Origin: Methylobacter sp.
GTDB lineage: Bacteria; Pseudomonadota; Gammaproteobacteria; Methylococcales; Methylomonadaceae
Direction: 5' to 3'
NCBI GenBank assembly: GCA_038922535.1
Contig: JBCKWO010000001.1
Coordinates: forward strand, 1,723 to 65,722
Length of the DNA stretch: 64,000 nt
The position numbers and the translations under genes are program-made. Every line of letters starts with the position of its first letter. Positions within the stretch are counted from its first letter, which is position 1. The notes below the pieces were generated by a model. That model made no database searches. It was not told the origin of the DNA and saw only the letters and a program-made list of their open reading frames with translations. This document shows, in pieces, positions 29,165 to 40,285 of this stretch.

Positions 29165-30706
29165 TTGAGCAGGCAGCTTTTTAAATCGACCGTGGTTGTC
29201 GGTAGCATGACCTTGATTTCACGTATCCTCGGGTTTGTTCGGGATATGTTGATTGCACAGATTTTCGGCGTTGATTCGGCCACCGATGCTTTTTTTGTTG
29301 CGTTTAAGATTCCCAATTTTTTACGGCGTTTATTTGCAGAAGGTGCTTTTGCACACGCTTTTTTACCCGTGCTATCCGATTACAAAGAGCGTGGCAGCAA
29401 AGTTGCGTTAAAACAGTTTATCGATAAAACGGCGGGTACTCTGTCGGTGTTTTTGCTATTGATTACGGTGGTCGGTGTGGTTGCCGCCCCTGTATTAATC
29501 ATGTTGCTGGCTCCCGGTTTTATGTGGCAGGGAAGCCAGTACGAGCTGTCCGTCCAACTGTTGCAGATTACCTTCCCATACTTGTTTTTTATTGCTTTGG
29601 TGGCTTTTTCCGGCGGCATTTTAAATGCGCACGGAAAATTTGCCATCCCCGCGTTAACGCCGGTTTTTCTCAATATTTGTATGATTGCCGCTGCAATCTG
29701 GCTTGCGCCATTGATGGACGAACCGGTTACCGCACTGGCCTGGGGTGTTTTTGCAGCGGGTATCGTGCAGTTGTTGTTTCAGCTGCCCGCGTTAATGCGC
29801 TTAGGTCTGATGCCGAGACCAAGACTGGGCTTTAATGACTCGGGCGTTAAACGGATTATAAGTCTGATGCTACCGGCCATTTTTAGCGTTTCAGTGACGC
29901 AGATTAATTTGTTGCTGGATACCTTGATTGCCTCGTTTTTAACCGTTGGCAGCGTGTCCTGGTTGTATTATTCCGACCGGTTGGTGGAGTTTCCATTGGG
30001 AGTTTTGGGTATTGCGCTGGCAACGGTCATTTTGCCGAGTTTATCCAAAAGCCATGCGGCGGAAGACACCGCTGCTTTTTCAAATGCGTTGGACTGGGGC
30101 TTGCGACTGGTTGTTCTGATAGGGTTTCCCGCAACCATCGGTTTGCTGTTGCTGGCCGAACCGATGCTGTCGACACTGTTTCAATATAATGAATTCGGTG
30201 TCAGCGATGTGCATTTTGCAGGAATGAGTTTGAAAGCTTATTCGGTGGGCTTGTTGGGTTTTATTCTGATCAAGGTGCTGGTGCCGGGCTTTACTTCGCG
30301 CGGCGATATGAAAACGCCGGTTCGGTACGGGGTTTACTCCATGATAGTCAGTTTAGCCTTGAATCTGGTGCTGGTTTTCCCGCTGGCGCATGCCGGACTG
30401 GCTTTGGCGACCTCCTTGGGTGCTTTCTTTAACGCCGCTTTGTTGCTGAGAAAATTGCAAAAAGACCGGGTCTATCAACCGGCAAACGGCTGGGGGGTGT
30501 TTTTTGTCCGGGTGTTGCTGGCCGGTGGCGCAATGTCGGCAGGACTGTATTATTTTGTCGATGCCGATTGGTGGAATCACTGGGATTCAACGGCGCGCGT
30601 GATCAACCTGATGAAATGGATAGGGATAGGCTTGGTAGTTTATACGGCAACACTGTTGCTAACGGGCTTAAGGCTAAAGCATTTGACCGGTCAGCGGTCG
30701 AAATAA
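29165..30706 (+). CDS. murJ: Lipid II flippase MurJ
   Basis: SRILGFVRD, FKIPNFLRRLFAEGAF, YYSDRLVEFPLG. Confidence 0.96.
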   Translation: MSRQLFKSTVVVGSMTLISRILGFVRDMLIAQIFGVDSATDAFFVAFKIPNFLRRLFAEGAFAHAFLPVLSDYKERGSKVALKQFIDKTAGTLSVFLLLITVVGVVAAPVLIMLLAPGFMWQGSQYELSVQLLQITFPYLFFIALVAFSGGILNAHGKFAIPALTPVFLNICMIAAAIWLAPLMDEPVTALAWGVFAAGIVQLLFQLPALMRLGLMPRPRLGFNDSGVKRIISLMLPAIFSVSVTQINLLLDTLIASFLTVGSVSWLYYSDRLVEFPLGVLGIALATVILPSLSKSHAAEDTAAFSNALDWGLRLVVLIGFPATIGLLLLAEPMLSTLFQYNEFGVSDVHFAGMSLKAYSVGLLGFILIKVLVPGFTSRGDMKTPVRYGVYSMIVSLALNLVLVFPLAHAGLALATSLGAFFNAALLLRKLQKDRVYQPANGWGVFFVRVLLAGGAMSAGLYYFVDADWWNHWDSTARVINLMKWIGIGLVVYTATLLLTGLRLKHLTGQRSK

Positions 30707-30733
30707 GAACGGTGTATCTGGCGATGTAACTCT

Positions 30734-30805
30734 GTAGGGTACGCTGTGCGTACCTTATTGGGTTTTTGCGGTATGATTGAAAACGGTACGCACGGCGTAC
30801 CCTAC
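30734..30805. repeat. GTAG-family REP doublet
   Basis: GTAGGGTACGCTGTGCGTACC...GGTACGCACGGCGTACCCTAC. Confidence 0.85.
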
Positions 30806-30812
30806 GGGACTT

Positions 30813-30845
30813 AAACCCGCTTGGATTTTTACAAGCGGGTTTTTT
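30813..30845 (+). terminator. Rho-independent terminator
   Basis: AAACCCGCTTG...CAAGCGGGTTTTTT. Confidence 0.6.
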
Positions 30846-30960
30846 ATGGACGATTGTTTTGAATATTGTGCGTCGCCTAATGCGCCTACTTTTGGCGATT
30901 GGCGGTTTGCTATCGCGAAACCGCCCTACAAACTACGAACTGATTTTCCCCGATTTAAAT

Positions 30961-31854
30961 TTAACCCTGCGTCAACCTAACTTCCGCTTCGCGGTATTTT
31001 GCCGCGCAGTACTCGGCCACTTCGGCGGGTAAATGCGGGCCGGGCGCGGTTTTATTCCAATCCAGCGTTTCCAGGTAATCACGGATATATTGTTTGTCGA
31101 AACTGGGCGGGCTGATGCCTACCTGATATTGGTCGACAGGCCAGAAGCGTGATGAATCGGGGGTTAAGACCTCATCGATCAGGTATAAAACGCCGTTATC
31201 ATCGACGCCGAATTCGAATTTGGTATCGGCAATAATAATGCCTCGATCTTTGGCGTAGGCGGCGGCTTCCTTGTACAGTTTCAGGCTGGCGTCGCGCACT
31301 TTTTCCGCCAAGTCCCGTCCCATCAATTCGACGGTTTTTTCAAAAGAGACATTCTCGTCATGCTGATCCACTTCGGCTTTTGTCGATGGGGTATAAATAG
31401 GTTCAGGTAATTGCTGCGCCTGTTGCAAACCTTCGGGTAATTTAATGCCGCAGACCGCGCCGGATTTTTGGTAATCTTTCCAGCCGGAGCCGATCAGGTA
31501 ACCGCGCACAATAGCTTCAACCGGCAGCGGGTTTAATAATTTGACGACGATAGCGCGGCCTTCAATCTGCGCACGCTCGGCGGCATCGGGAACGACTTGT
31601 TCTAGCGGAATGTCGGACAGGTGATTGGGCATGACGTGCTTCAATTTTTCAAACCAAAAATTGGACACGTTGGTTAAAACACGGCCTTTGCCGGGAATCG
31701 GATCGGGCAAAATCACATCGAATGCGGACAGCCGGTCGGTGGTCACAATCAGCATGTGCTGATCGTCGATGTCGTAAATGTCCCGCACTTTGCCGCGGGC
31801 GCGGAGCTTTAAAGACGACAGTGTTGATTGGTATAGGGCTTCTGGAGCGGTCAT
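30961..31854 (-). CDS. purC: SAICAR synthase
   Basis: [33 protein letters not shown]. Confidence 0.96.
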   Translation of the reverse strand: MTAPEALYQSTLSSLKLRARGKVRDIYDIDDQHMLIVTTDRLSAFDVILPDPIPGKGRVLTNVSNFWFEKLKHVMPNHLSDIPLEQVVPDAAERAQIEGRAIVVKLLNPLPVEAIVRGYLIGSGWKDYQKSGAVCGIKLPEGLQQAQQLPEPIYTPSTKAEVDQHDENVSFEKTVELMGRDLAEKVRDASLKLYKEAAAYAKDRGIIIADTKFEFGVDDNGVLYLIDEVLTPDSSRFWPVDQYQVGISPPSFDKQYIRDYLETLDWNKTAPGPHLPAEVAEYCAAKYREAEVRLTQG

Positions 31855-31974
31855 AAGTTCTCTCTGGGGAGTAAAATAGGGCGATTTTATCAGTTATTAG
31901 GGAGGCCACAGTGTTCTATAAGCCACAGTTGGAGGGTATGGAGGCCGTTCCATTGCGGTGTTAGGCCAATATTT

Positions 31975-33012
31975 CTAGCGGAACATATCCTTATTAACCG
32001 CTTTTTCCATAGCCATTTTTGCAGTAATCATGCCTTTATCAATCAGTTCTTTCATATTTTGATCCAGCGTTTGCATGCCGTCTCTGCGTCCGGTTTGAAT
32101 CGCGGAATACATTTGCGCCACTTTGGCTTCACGAATCAGGTTCCTGATCGCCGAGGTGCCGACCATGATTTCATGTGCAGCAACGCGGCCACCGCCGATT
32201 TTTTTCAGTAAAGTTTGCGAAATAACCGCCTGCAAGGATTCGGAAAGCATGGACCGGATCATGTCTTTTTCTGCGGCAGGAAACACGTCGATAATACGGT
32301 CGATGGTTTTAGCGGCCGAGGTCGTATGCAAAGTGCCGAACACAAGGTGGCCGGTTTCCGCTGCGGTCATCGCCAGTCGGATGGTTTCCAGATCGCGCAT
32401 TTCGCCGACCATAATAATATCGGGATCTTCACGCAGCGCTGAACGCAACGCCTCATTAAAACCGTGGGTGTCGCGATGGACTTCTCGTTGGTTAATCAAC
32501 GATTTTTGGCTGGTATGCACAAACTCGATAGGGTCTTCTACAGTGAGTATGTGCGCGTAATCATTGTAGTTAATATGATTAATCATCGCCGCCAGCGTAG
32601 TTGACTTGCCGGAGCCGGTAGGGCCGGTCACCAGAACCAGACCGCGCGGTTTTTGGCATAATTCTTCAAAAAACTTGGGGGCTTTTAATTCTTCCAGGCT
32701 CAATATTACTGAGGGAATCGTCCTGAATACAGCCGCCGCGCCACGCTCCTGGTTAAATGCGTTAACACGAAATCTAGCAACACCCGGCAATTCGAACGAG
32801 AAATCGGTTTCCAAAAACGCCTCATAATCTTTGCGTTGCTTGTCATTCATAATGTCATAAATCAGCGCATGCACTTCCTTATGTTCCAAGGCAGGAATAT
32901 TGATGCGTCGAATATCGCCGTCAACCCTGATCATAGGCGGCAGCCCCGCCGATAAATGTAAATCTGACGCTTTGCTTTTAGCTGAAAAAGCCAGTAATTC
33001 GGCAATATCCAT
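31975..33012 (-). CDS. pilT: Type IV pilus retraction ATPase
   Basis: SDLHLSAG, GPTGSGKST, LREDPD, AIRNLIRE. Confidence 0.97.
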   Translation of the reverse strand: MDIAELLAFSAKSKASDLHLSAGLPPMIRVDGDIRRINIPALEHKEVHALIYDIMNDKQRKDYEAFLETDFSFELPGVARFRVNAFNQERGAAAVFRTIPSVILSLEELKAPKFFEELCQKPRGLVLVTGPTGSGKSTTLAAMINHINYNDYAHILTVEDPIEFVHTSQKSLINQREVHRDTHGFNEALRSALREDPDIIMVGEMRDLETIRLAMTAAETGHLVFGTLHTTSAAKTIDRIIDVFPAAEKDMIRSMLSESLQAVISQTLLKKIGGGRVAAHEIMVGTSAIRNLIREAKVAQMYSAIQTGRRDGMQTLDQNMKELIDKGMITAKMAMEKAVNKDMFR

Positions 33013-33149
33013 AACATCCTCTAGAAGGCAAAAATAAAAATATTCTTATACCATAGTTCATCTTTTTGTTTTTTGAATGTTGCCGTTGTGTTGGTTTTAG
33101 TAGGAAATTGTTGTCTAATAATTGACAGCCAACTGACCACGGACAACCC

Positions 33150-33848
33150 ATGACCACTATAACTCAACAACTCGAACAACTACGCACCCAAATTAGCGAC
33201 GCAGAGCTTGCCTACAACCGTCAGCCCGGCTCGGTGCTGTTGTTGGCCGTCAGTAAAACCAAACCGGCCGAAGATATTGCCGCCGCCTATCGATCCGGGC
33301 AGCGCCATTTCGGTGAGAATTATTTGCAGGAAGCCTTGAGAAAGCAACAGGAACTGGGTGCCTATGCCATTACCTGGCATTTTATCGGCCCCATCCAATC
33401 CAATAAAACCAAGGCGCTAGCGACACATTTTGACTGGGTGCATAGCGTGGACAACTTAAAAATAGCCTGGCGCCTGAGTGAACAGCGCCCGTCGCATTTG
33501 CCGCCGTTAAATATTTGCCTGCAAGTCAATATCAGCGATGAACCAAGCAAGTCCGGCATCACCCTGGCTGAATTGCCCGAGCTGTGCGATCGGGTCGCCA
33601 AACTACCCAATTTAAAGTTGCGTGGCGTCATGGCGATACCTGCCCCGCAACAGGATTTTAAACGGCAACGCCAACCTTATAGAGTGCTTTATCAGGCTGT
33701 TGCAAAGCTGGGGCAGCCTGGGTTGGATACTTTCTCATTCGGCATGACCGGGGATTTAAAAGCCGCGATTGCCGAAGGCTCGACTATCGTCAGAATCGGC
33801 ACCGCGCTGTTCGGCGAGCGGGACACTGCTGACAAAAATCCAGTTTAA
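33150..33848 (+). CDS. yggS: PLP homeostasis protein YggS
   Basis: LAVSKTK, FGENYLQE, WHFIGPIQSNK, VRIGTALFG. Confidence 0.95.
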   Translation: MTTITQQLEQLRTQISDAELAYNRQPGSVLLLAVSKTKPAEDIAAAYRSGQRHFGENYLQEALRKQQELGAYAITWHFIGPIQSNKTKALATHFDWVHSVDNLKIAWRLSEQRPSHLPPLNICLQVNISDEPSKSGITLAELPELCDRVAKLPNLKLRGVMAIPAPQQDFKRQRQPYRVLYQAVAKLGQPGLDTFSFGMTGDLKAAIAEGSTIVRIGTALFGERDTADKNPV

Positions 33849-33918
33849 TCTGGCATTGTTCCGCATAATGTAACAGAGGCGATTGCAAGTTTAATCCGTT
33901 CTATTACAAAAATATCAG

Positions 33919-35196
33919 CTACTTTTTTATCGCTTTAAAGCCAATGTCGGTACGGTAATAAATACCATCCCAATGGATGCTATTGGCTAGCGCATAGGCT
34001 TTGCTTTGGGCTTCTTTAATGTCATGACCTAAGGCGCATGCGCATAATACCCGTCCGCCAGCTGTGACGAGATCAGCGCCGACTTGCCGGGTGGCGGCAT
34101 GAAACACTTTGCTGGTTTCTTGCACATTTTCAGGCAAACCGGAAATAACCGCGCCGCTTTGATAGGCGTCAGGATAGCCACCGGCTGCTAATACCACGCC
34201 TAATGCGGCGCGTTCGTCCCAGTCGCTGTCGGTTTGATCGAGATTTCCCGCTAGGGCGGCTTCGCAAAGCTCCACCAAATCGCTTTTTAAACGCATCATG
34301 ATCGGCTGGGTTTCAGGGTCGCCAAAGCGGCAGTTGTATTCCAACACTTTAATAGAGCCATCGGTAGAAATCATCAAACCGGCGTACAGGAAACCGGTGT
34401 ACGGCATTCCGTCATCAGCCATGCCTTTTAAGGTCGGCTCGATCACGTCACGCATGACCCGGCGGTGTATTTCAGGAGTGACGACGGGAGCAGGGGAATA
34501 AGCGCCCATGCCGCCGGTGTTGGGGCCTTGGTCGCCGTTATCGCGGGCTTTGTGATCCTGGGAAGTGGCCATCGGCAAGGTGTGTTTGCCATCGGCAATT
34601 ACAATAAAACTGGCTTCTTCACCGGTCAGGAATTCTTCGATGACCACACGGTTTCCGGCTTCGCCAAACACATTGCCCGATAGCATATCGTCAACGGCCG
34701 AGATGGCTTCCTGTTCGGTTTGGGCAACGATCACGCCTTTGCCCGCCGCCAGGCCGTCGGCCTTGACCACGATCGGTGCGCCTTGCTGTTTTATATAGGC
34801 GATGGCTTGTTGCTTGTCGGTAAAAGATTGGAAGGCGGCGGTCGGGATGTGGTGGCGGATCATGAAGTCTTTGCAAAAAGTCTTCGAGCCTTCCAGTTGC
34901 GCGGCTTTTGCGGTCGGGCCAAAGCACTTGAGACCGGCTTGTTGAAACAGGTCGACGATACCTAACACCAGCGGCACTTCGGGGCCGATGATGGTCAGGT
35001 CGATGGCTTCTTTCTGGGCGAATGCCAACAGCGCGGCAATATCGGTGGCCTCGATGGCGATGTTTTCGACCGACGGTTCCAGCGCGGTTCCGGCATTGCC
35101 GGGCGCGACAAACACTTTTTCGACTTTAGGAGATTGTTGGACTTTCCATGCGAGGGCGTGTTCACGGCCGCCGCTGCCGACGATGAGGATTTTCAT
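33919..35196 (-). CDS. purD: Phosphoribosylamine-glycine ligase
   Basis: [36 protein letters not shown]. Confidence 0.97.
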   Translation of the reverse strand: MKILIVGSGGREHALAWKVQQSPKVEKVFVAPGNAGTALEPSVENIAIEATDIAALLAFAQKEAIDLTIIGPEVPLVLGIVDLFQQAGLKCFGPTAKAAQLEGSKTFCKDFMIRHHIPTAAFQSFTDKQQAIAYIKQQGAPIVVKADGLAAGKGVIVAQTEQEAISAVDDMLSGNVFGEAGNRVVIEEFLTGEEASFIVIADGKHTLPMATSQDHKARDNGDQGPNTGGMGAYSPAPVVTPEIHRRVMRDVIEPTLKGMADDGMPYTGFLYAGLMISTDGSIKVLEYNCRFGDPETQPIMMRLKSDLVELCEAALAGNLDQTDSDWDERAALGVVLAAGGYPDAYQSGAVISGLPENVQETSKVFHAATRQVGADLVTAGGRVLCACALGHDIKEAQSKAYALANSIHWDGIYYRTDIGFKAIKK

Positions 35197-35205
35197 AGGA
35201 ATATC

Positions 35206-35281
35206 AGGTTCAAGGTTAAAAAACGCAAGGCTAAAGGCTAAAGGCTAAGTGATGTGTTTTTCGCCTTTTGCCCTTCGCCTA
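35206..35281. repeat. Heptamer-unit hairpin repeat
   Basis: (AAGGCTA)3...TTCGCCTTTTGCCCTTCGCCT. Confidence 0.75.
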
Positions 35282-35284
35282 AAA

Positions 35285-36841
35285 TCAATGCCTAAAATGC
35301 CGCATACCGGTAAACACCATTGCGATGTTGTGCTCATCGGCTGCGGCTATGACTTCATTATCCCGCATCGAGCCGCCGGGCTGTATGACGGCGGTGATGC
35401 CGGCTGCGGCCGCGGAATCTATGCCGTCCCGGAACGGAAAAAAAGCGTCTGAAGCCATCGCCGAACCCGGAACATCCAGGCCTGCATCGGTAGCTTTGAT
35501 ACCGGCGATTTTGGCCGAATAGACCCGGCTCATTTGCCCTGCGCCTACACCGATAGTTTGGCCGTTTTTGCAGTAAACAATCGCATTGGACTTGACGAAT
35601 TTGGCGACTTTCCAGGCAAACAGCAAATCAGCCAATTCCTGTTCGGTTGGGGCGCGTTTGCTGACTATTTTGAGGTCGGTAGCATTGATTTCACCGAGGT
35701 CTTTGTCTTGAACCAGCAAGCCACCGGCAACGCGTTTAAAATCGAGGGACGCGGGGCTGACATTGTCCCAAGCGCCGCACTCTAACACCCGGATGTTTTG
35801 CTTTTCGGCCAGCACGGATTGTGCTGCGGTGCTGATCGACGGCGCAATAATGACTTCGACGAATTGGCGCTTGACGATTTCAGCGGCGGTTGACTCGTCC
35901 AGCTCCCGGTTAAAGGCGATAATGCCGCCGAATGCCGAAGTCGGGTCGGTGGCATAAGCCTTGTCGTAAGCGTCAAGCAAGTTGCCTGCCTGGGCTACGC
36001 CGCAGGGATTGGCGTGCTTGACGATAACGCAGGTGGGCTGGTCGCCGAACGATTTGACGCATTCCAGCGCGGCATCGGCATCGGCGATATTGTTGTAGGA
36101 CAGCTCCTTGCCTTGCAGCTGCTTGGCGGCGGTAATCGTGCCATTAGCCGGGGTTTTTTCGCGATAGAAAGCCGCGTTCTGATGCGGATTTTCACCATAA
36201 CGCAGGGTCTGGTTATGATAAAACTGAAAGTTCAGCGTTTGGGGGAATTGCACGCCGCTAATGTTGCCCAGATAAGCTGCAATCGCAGTGTCGTAACGGG
36301 CGGTGTGTTCAAAGCTTTTTAGCGCCAGATTGAAGCGGGTTTGCCCAGATAGTCCGTTGTTATTTTTCAGTTCCTCAATAACCGTTGCGTAATCGCTGGG
36401 ATCGACGATCACCGCGACATCGGCATGATTCTTGGCGGCGGCGCGGATCATAGTCGGGCCGCCGATGTCTATATTTTCGATAGCTGTAGCAAGATCGCAA
36501 TCAGGATTGGCGACGGTCTGTTCGAAAGGGTACAGGTTGACCACCACCATATCGATAGGATTAATGCCGTTCGCGGCCATCACCGCATCATCTATGCCCC
36601 GGCGCGCCAAAATGCCGCCGTGGACTTTGGGGTGCAAAGTTTTAACCCGGCCGTCCATCATTTCCGGGAAACCGGTGTAATCGGACACTTCAGTTGTAGG
36701 GATGCCGTGTTCGGCTAGTGTTTTAGCGGTACCGCCCGTAGACAGGATTTCGATGCCCAGTTGATCCAGTTCCCGGCAAAAATCCACGATACCGGATTTG
36801 TCGGAGACGCTGATGAGTGCGCGAGTGACTTTTTTGTTCAT
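35285..36841 (-). CDS. purH: Bifunctional AICAR transformylase/IMP cyclohydrolase
   Basis: [30 protein letters not shown]. Confidence 0.97.
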   Translation of the reverse strand: MNKKVTRALISVSDKSGIVDFCRELDQLGIEILSTGGTAKTLAEHGIPTTEVSDYTGFPEMMDGRVKTLHPKVHGGILARRGIDDAVMAANGINPIDMVVVNLYPFEQTVANPDCDLATAIENIDIGGPTMIRAAAKNHADVAVIVDPSDYATVIEELKNNNGLSGQTRFNLALKSFEHTARYDTAIAAYLGNISGVQFPQTLNFQFYHNQTLRYGENPHQNAAFYREKTPANGTITAAKQLQGKELSYNNIADADAALECVKSFGDQPTCVIVKHANPCGVAQAGNLLDAYDKAYATDPTSAFGGIIAFNRELDESTAAEIVKRQFVEVIIAPSISTAAQSVLAEKQNIRVLECGAWDNVSPASLDFKRVAGGLLVQDKDLGEINATDLKIVSKRAPTEQELADLLFAWKVAKFVKSNAIVYCKNGQTIGVGAGQMSRVYSAKIAGIKATDAGLDVPGSAMASDAFFPFRDGIDSAAAAGITAVIQPGGSMRDNEVIAAADEHNIAMVFTGMRHFRH

Positions 36842-36926
36842 GTAGATCTCAGAATGAAAGAGGGAGTTTGGTAGAAAAGGCGAAAATCGGCCTTATTCGA
36901 GTATTAGGTCAGGCCCTTCGACAGGC

Positions 36927-37223
36927 TCAGGACAGGCCGTAGTGTTCCAGTTTTTTGCGCAGGGTGCTGCGGCTCAAGCCCAGCACCTTGGCCGCTTTGG
37001 TTTGGTTGTGACCTGAATGTTCCAGCGTCGCTTGCAATAAAGGCTTTTCGACTTCGCCGATGACCATCGCATGAAGGTCTACTGCATCATGACCGTTCAG
37101 GTGCAAAAAATATTGATCCACGGTTTTTTTAACATGTGCAGATAAGGGTATGACCGCAGGTTTTTTACTGTCTACTTTAATAACTTCAGCACTATTTTGA
37201 AATCCGTTCATATTATGCAGCAC
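36927..37223 (-). CDS. fis: Fis-family DNA-binding protein
   Basis: EVEKPLL...NQTKAAKVLGLSRSTLRKKL; dusB-fis-purH synteny. Confidence 0.9.
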   Translation of the reverse strand: MLHNMNGFQNSAEVIKVDSKKPAVIPLSAHVKKTVDQYFLHLNGHDAVDLHAMVIGEVEKPLLQATLEHSGHNQTKAAKVLGLSRSTLRKKLEHYGLS

Positions 37224-38196
37224 TGTCGGTGGTTAAAAGATTAAAAGCCGAATTAATCAGCTCTATTTGGTGGGACGGACATTGCGCCTGATTGATGTTG
37301 CTTTGGGTATCCTGGGCTACGGGGCCAAGATGCTTAAAATACCAGGCGATATGTTTTCGGGCTATTCTAACACCGCTGGTATTGCCGTAGAAGCTATATA
37401 GTTTGTCCAAATGGCTCATTAGTGTGTTATGAATGTCTGTAACTGTAGGTTTTTCAAGGTGTTTTCCGTGCTTAATAAAGTGACTTATTTGACTAAAGAG
37501 CCATGGATTTCCTTGGGCGGCACGACCGATCATAATGGCGTCCGCGCCGGTTGAGTCCAGCACAAATCGAGCCTGTTCGGGTGTATCAATATCGCCGTTG
37601 GCAATAACCGGAATGCTGATTGATTGCTTCACTTTTTTAACGGTTTCATGCTCGGCCTGGCCAGCAAATTTGCAGGCACGGGTTCGGCCGTGAATAGTCA
37701 AGGCAGCAATCCCCGCATTTTCGGCGATTTGGGCTATTTCGACGGCATTGCGGCTGTGTAAATCCCACCCGGTACGGATTTTTAAGGTGACCGGAATATC
37801 AACAGCGTTAACGACAGCGTCAAGTATTCGTTTCACCAACGCTTCATCTCTCAACAGCGCGGAACCTGCGGCCACCGAACAGACTTTTTTGGCCGGGCAA
37901 CCCATATTAATATCGATAATCTGGGCACCCCGCTGGGCGTTAAACTTTGCTGCATCAGCCATCAGCTGAGGATCTGTACCCAAAATCTGTACAGAACGCA
38001 GGCCAGCTTCACTGCTATGGTCGGTTTTAAGCAGTGTTGTTTTATGTTCACGTAAAGCCGGATTGGACGCCACCATTTCAGACACGGCTAAACCTGCGCC
38101 GAACTGCGTACACAATTCCCTGAACGGGCGGTCGCTGATACCGGCCATGGGTGCCAGAATCAGGTTGTTTTCGAGTTGATAAGAACCGATTTGCAT
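37213..38196 (-). CDS. dusB: tRNA-dihydrouridine synthase B
   Basis: LAPMAG, DINMGCPAKKV, IHGRTR, ANGDI. Confidence 0.95.
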   Translation of the reverse strand: MQIGSYQLENNLILAPMAGISDRPFRELCTQFGAGLAVSEMVASNPALREHKTTLLKTDHSSEAGLRSVQILGTDPQLMADAAKFNAQRGAQIIDINMGCPAKKVCSVAAGSALLRDEALVKRILDAVVNAVDIPVTLKIRTGWDLHSRNAVEIAQIAENAGIAALTIHGRTRACKFAGQAEHETVKKVKQSISIPVIANGDIDTPEQARFVLDSTGADAIMIGRAAQGNPWLFSQISHFIKHGKHLEKPTVTDIHNTLMSHLDKLYSFYGNTSGVRIARKHIAWYFKHLGPVAQDTQSNINQAQCPSHQIELINSAFNLLTTDSAA

Positions 38197-38199
38197 AAG

Positions 38200-38263
38200 A
38201 AAGGTAAAAGGCGAAGGGCGAAAGGTACAAGGGGAGATTTTTTCGTCTTTCGTCTTGCGCCTA
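38200..38263. repeat. Heptamer-unit hairpin repeat
   Basis: AAGGTAA AAGGCGA AGGGCGA AAGGTAC...TTTCGTC TTTCGTC TTGCGCC. Confidence 0.7.
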
Positions 38264-38267
38264 GAAT

Positions 38268-38795
38268 TTATTTATCTTCAGCATCATTCCAAATTGGATT
38301 GTCGCGGTCTTCCGGTTCCAGTTTGGTAATGTCGTCAGGATATAAATGCCAGAACGACTTATCGATCGTGGCGTTGCTATAGCTGTCTTTTTTGTCATGG
38401 GTGAACGGACACCACCAGTTCTCAACGATCTTGACCAAATAGGCGTGCCATTCGAACAGGGCGACGCTGTAAGGGCAGTACCACGTGCAGTTCAAAATCC
38501 AGAACAGTCTTGATTGCGCCATGCTGGCGATGAAGGAACGCTCCATGGTGATCTGGCTTTTCAGGTCATAACGATGACTGCCGCGGTCAGGTATGAAATC
38601 AGCCCATGTTTTGAGGTTCTTAGCACCCATCATGTGTAAGTGATAGTAGGTTAGATAGGCACTGGCAATCACAAAAGGAAAGGTCATCAAGGGTATATAA
38701 ATCAGCACCATACCGAGGCCTCTCTGCAGGATGGGGATTTTTTTATGGTTTTTGCCGATTTCAACGCGGCCGCTACAAGATTCGCAAGCTTTCAT
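38268..38795 (-). CDS. Conserved hypothetical Cys/His/Trp-rich membrane-anchored protein
   Basis: CxxC N-terminus, TM helix, NCTWYCPYS, ENWWCPFTH; GAGGA RBS. Confidence 0.7.
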   Translation of the reverse strand: MKACESCSGRVEIGKNHKKIPILQRGLGMVLIYIPLMTFPFVIASAYLTYYHLHMMGAKNLKTWADFIPDRGSHRYDLKSQITMERSFIASMAQSRLFWILNCTWYCPYSVALFEWHAYLVKIVENWWCPFTHDKKDSYSNATIDKSFWHLYPDDITKLEPEDRDNPIWNDAEDK

Positions 38796-38815
38796 TATTG
38801 TTAGATCCTCATGTT

Positions 38816-38998
38816 TTAGGGGTTAGCAAGGGGGGTTATAGTAGTTTTTTTATTATCCTCATTAAATAACTGATAAATGCTTAGGCACCCGGCGCAGCAA
38901 AATTTTTGCAGACCGTCACTGGTGGTCAGCGAAAATCCGGTGATTTCTACTGGTTGACCGCAAAGTACGCAGGGTTCCTTATCTTTTGCATTGACCAT
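38816..38998 (-). CDS. Small metal-binding protein (CxxC...CCxGC, TRASH/CcoI N-domain-like)
   Basis: CVLCGQPV...KFCCAGCLSIYQL. Confidence 0.7.
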   Translation of the reverse strand: MVNAKDKEPCVLCGQPVEITGFSLTTSDGLQKFCCAGCLSIYQLFNEDNKKTTITPLANP

Positions 38999-39014
38999 AA
39001 AAACGCCTCGTATT

Positions 39015-40220
39015 TTACAAGCTTGAGGAGACAGCACAAAAAAAAGTTTTCAAATATTCTGTCTCTGGAGCTGCCGGGTCGATGGGATGATCAGGGCCTT
39101 GTCCTCCGCTGGCAAAAAATACCAGGTGACGATCGATATGTCGCCCTGACGAGCGCAAAATCTCATGTAGATTTTCGCGGCTTAGGTGATGGGAGCAAGA
39201 GGCCGAGATCAATACGCCGTTTTTGGCCAATACCTGTAAAGCCAGGTGATTCAAGCGGCGATAAGCTTCGTAACCTTGTTTGAAATCTTTTTTGCGTTTA
39301 ACTAAAGCAGGAGGATCCAAGACAATAATATCATAGAGCTGGTTTTTCAAACGGGCCTGCTTTAGAAATTCGAACACGTCGCTACGTACAAAGTGCATTT
39401 TATCCTGCACCTGATTGAGCGCCGCGTTGTCTACGGCCAATGCCAACGCGCTTTCCGAGCTATCTACACAAGTGACTTCGGTGGCTCCGGCCAAAGCGGC
39501 GGGGATGCCCCAGGCTCCGGTATAGGAAAATAAATCGAGCACCCGCTTATTTTTTGCAATACCCGCTAACTGGGCACGGCTGCTGCGGTGATCATAAAAC
39601 CAGCCGGTTTTTTGTCCGCCCAGAATGTCGATTTTAAATTGCGCGCCGTTTTCTTCAATGATCAGCGGCTCGGGGAGCGTGCCGTAGGCTATCTCGGATT
39701 CTAGGCTTAAGCCTTCCTGCTGCCGATGGCTGTTATCGTTTTTAAGGATAATGGCCTCAGGATTCAGCAATTCGATCAGCGCGGCAAACAGCGCTTCTTT
39801 GCGCTGGTCGATGCCCGCCGTGGTTATCTGCACCGACAATACCGAGCCGAAGCGGTCAATGACCAAGCCGGGCAAACCGTCGCTTTCGCCGAACACCAAG
39901 CGATAGTACGGTTTATCGAACAGCATTTCCCGTAGCGTCAGCGCAGTGGTCAAGCGCTCTTTAAAGAAGTTGATGCCGCATTTCAAGTTAGGTTTTCTGG
40001 ACAGAAGCCTTGCGCAAATCAGCGCTTGCGGATTGATGTAGGCGGTGCCCATTACCTTGCCATCGTGGCTTTTCACTTGCACCAGATCGCCCGCGTTGAA
40101 CTGTTCAAGGGGCGAACGTTGGATGTCGACTTCGTTGCTAAAAATCCATAGATGGCCTTTGCGCAGACGCTTGTCTTCGTTCTTTTTTAAATAAATTTCA
40201 GGATGGGTCATGTTAATCAA
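39015..40220 (-). CDS. rlmI: RlmI/RlmK-family SAM-dependent rRNA methyltransferase
   Basis: GHLWIFSNE, ESDGLPGL, GQKTGWFYD, LDLFSYTG, DPPA. Confidence 0.85.
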   Translation of the reverse strand: MINMTHPEIYLKKNEDKRLRKGHLWIFSNEVDIQRSPLEQFNAGDLVQVKSHDGKVMGTAYINPQALICARLLSRKPNLKCGINFFKERLTTALTLREMLFDKPYYRLVFGESDGLPGLVIDRFGSVLSVQITTAGIDQRKEALFAALIELLNPEAIILKNDNSHRQQEGLSLESEIAYGTLPEPLIIEENGAQFKIDILGGQKTGWFYDHRSSRAQLAGIAKNKRVLDLFSYTGAWGIPAALAGATEVTCVDSSESALALAVDNAALNQVQDKMHFVRSDVFEFLKQARLKNQLYDIIVLDPPALVKRKKDFKQGYEAYRRLNHLALQVLAKNGVLISASCSHHLSRENLHEILRSSGRHIDRHLVFFASGGQGPDHPIDPAAPETEYLKTFFCAVSSSL

Positions 40221-40285
40221 TAAGTTTAAAAGTGTACCCGCCGACTTTGGATTTCAGTGCGACGATATTTAGGCTGATGGCTGGG

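Noticed and set aside
30777-30980. 67-aa ORF between murJ and purC
   Set aside because: It is made of REP and terminator sequence
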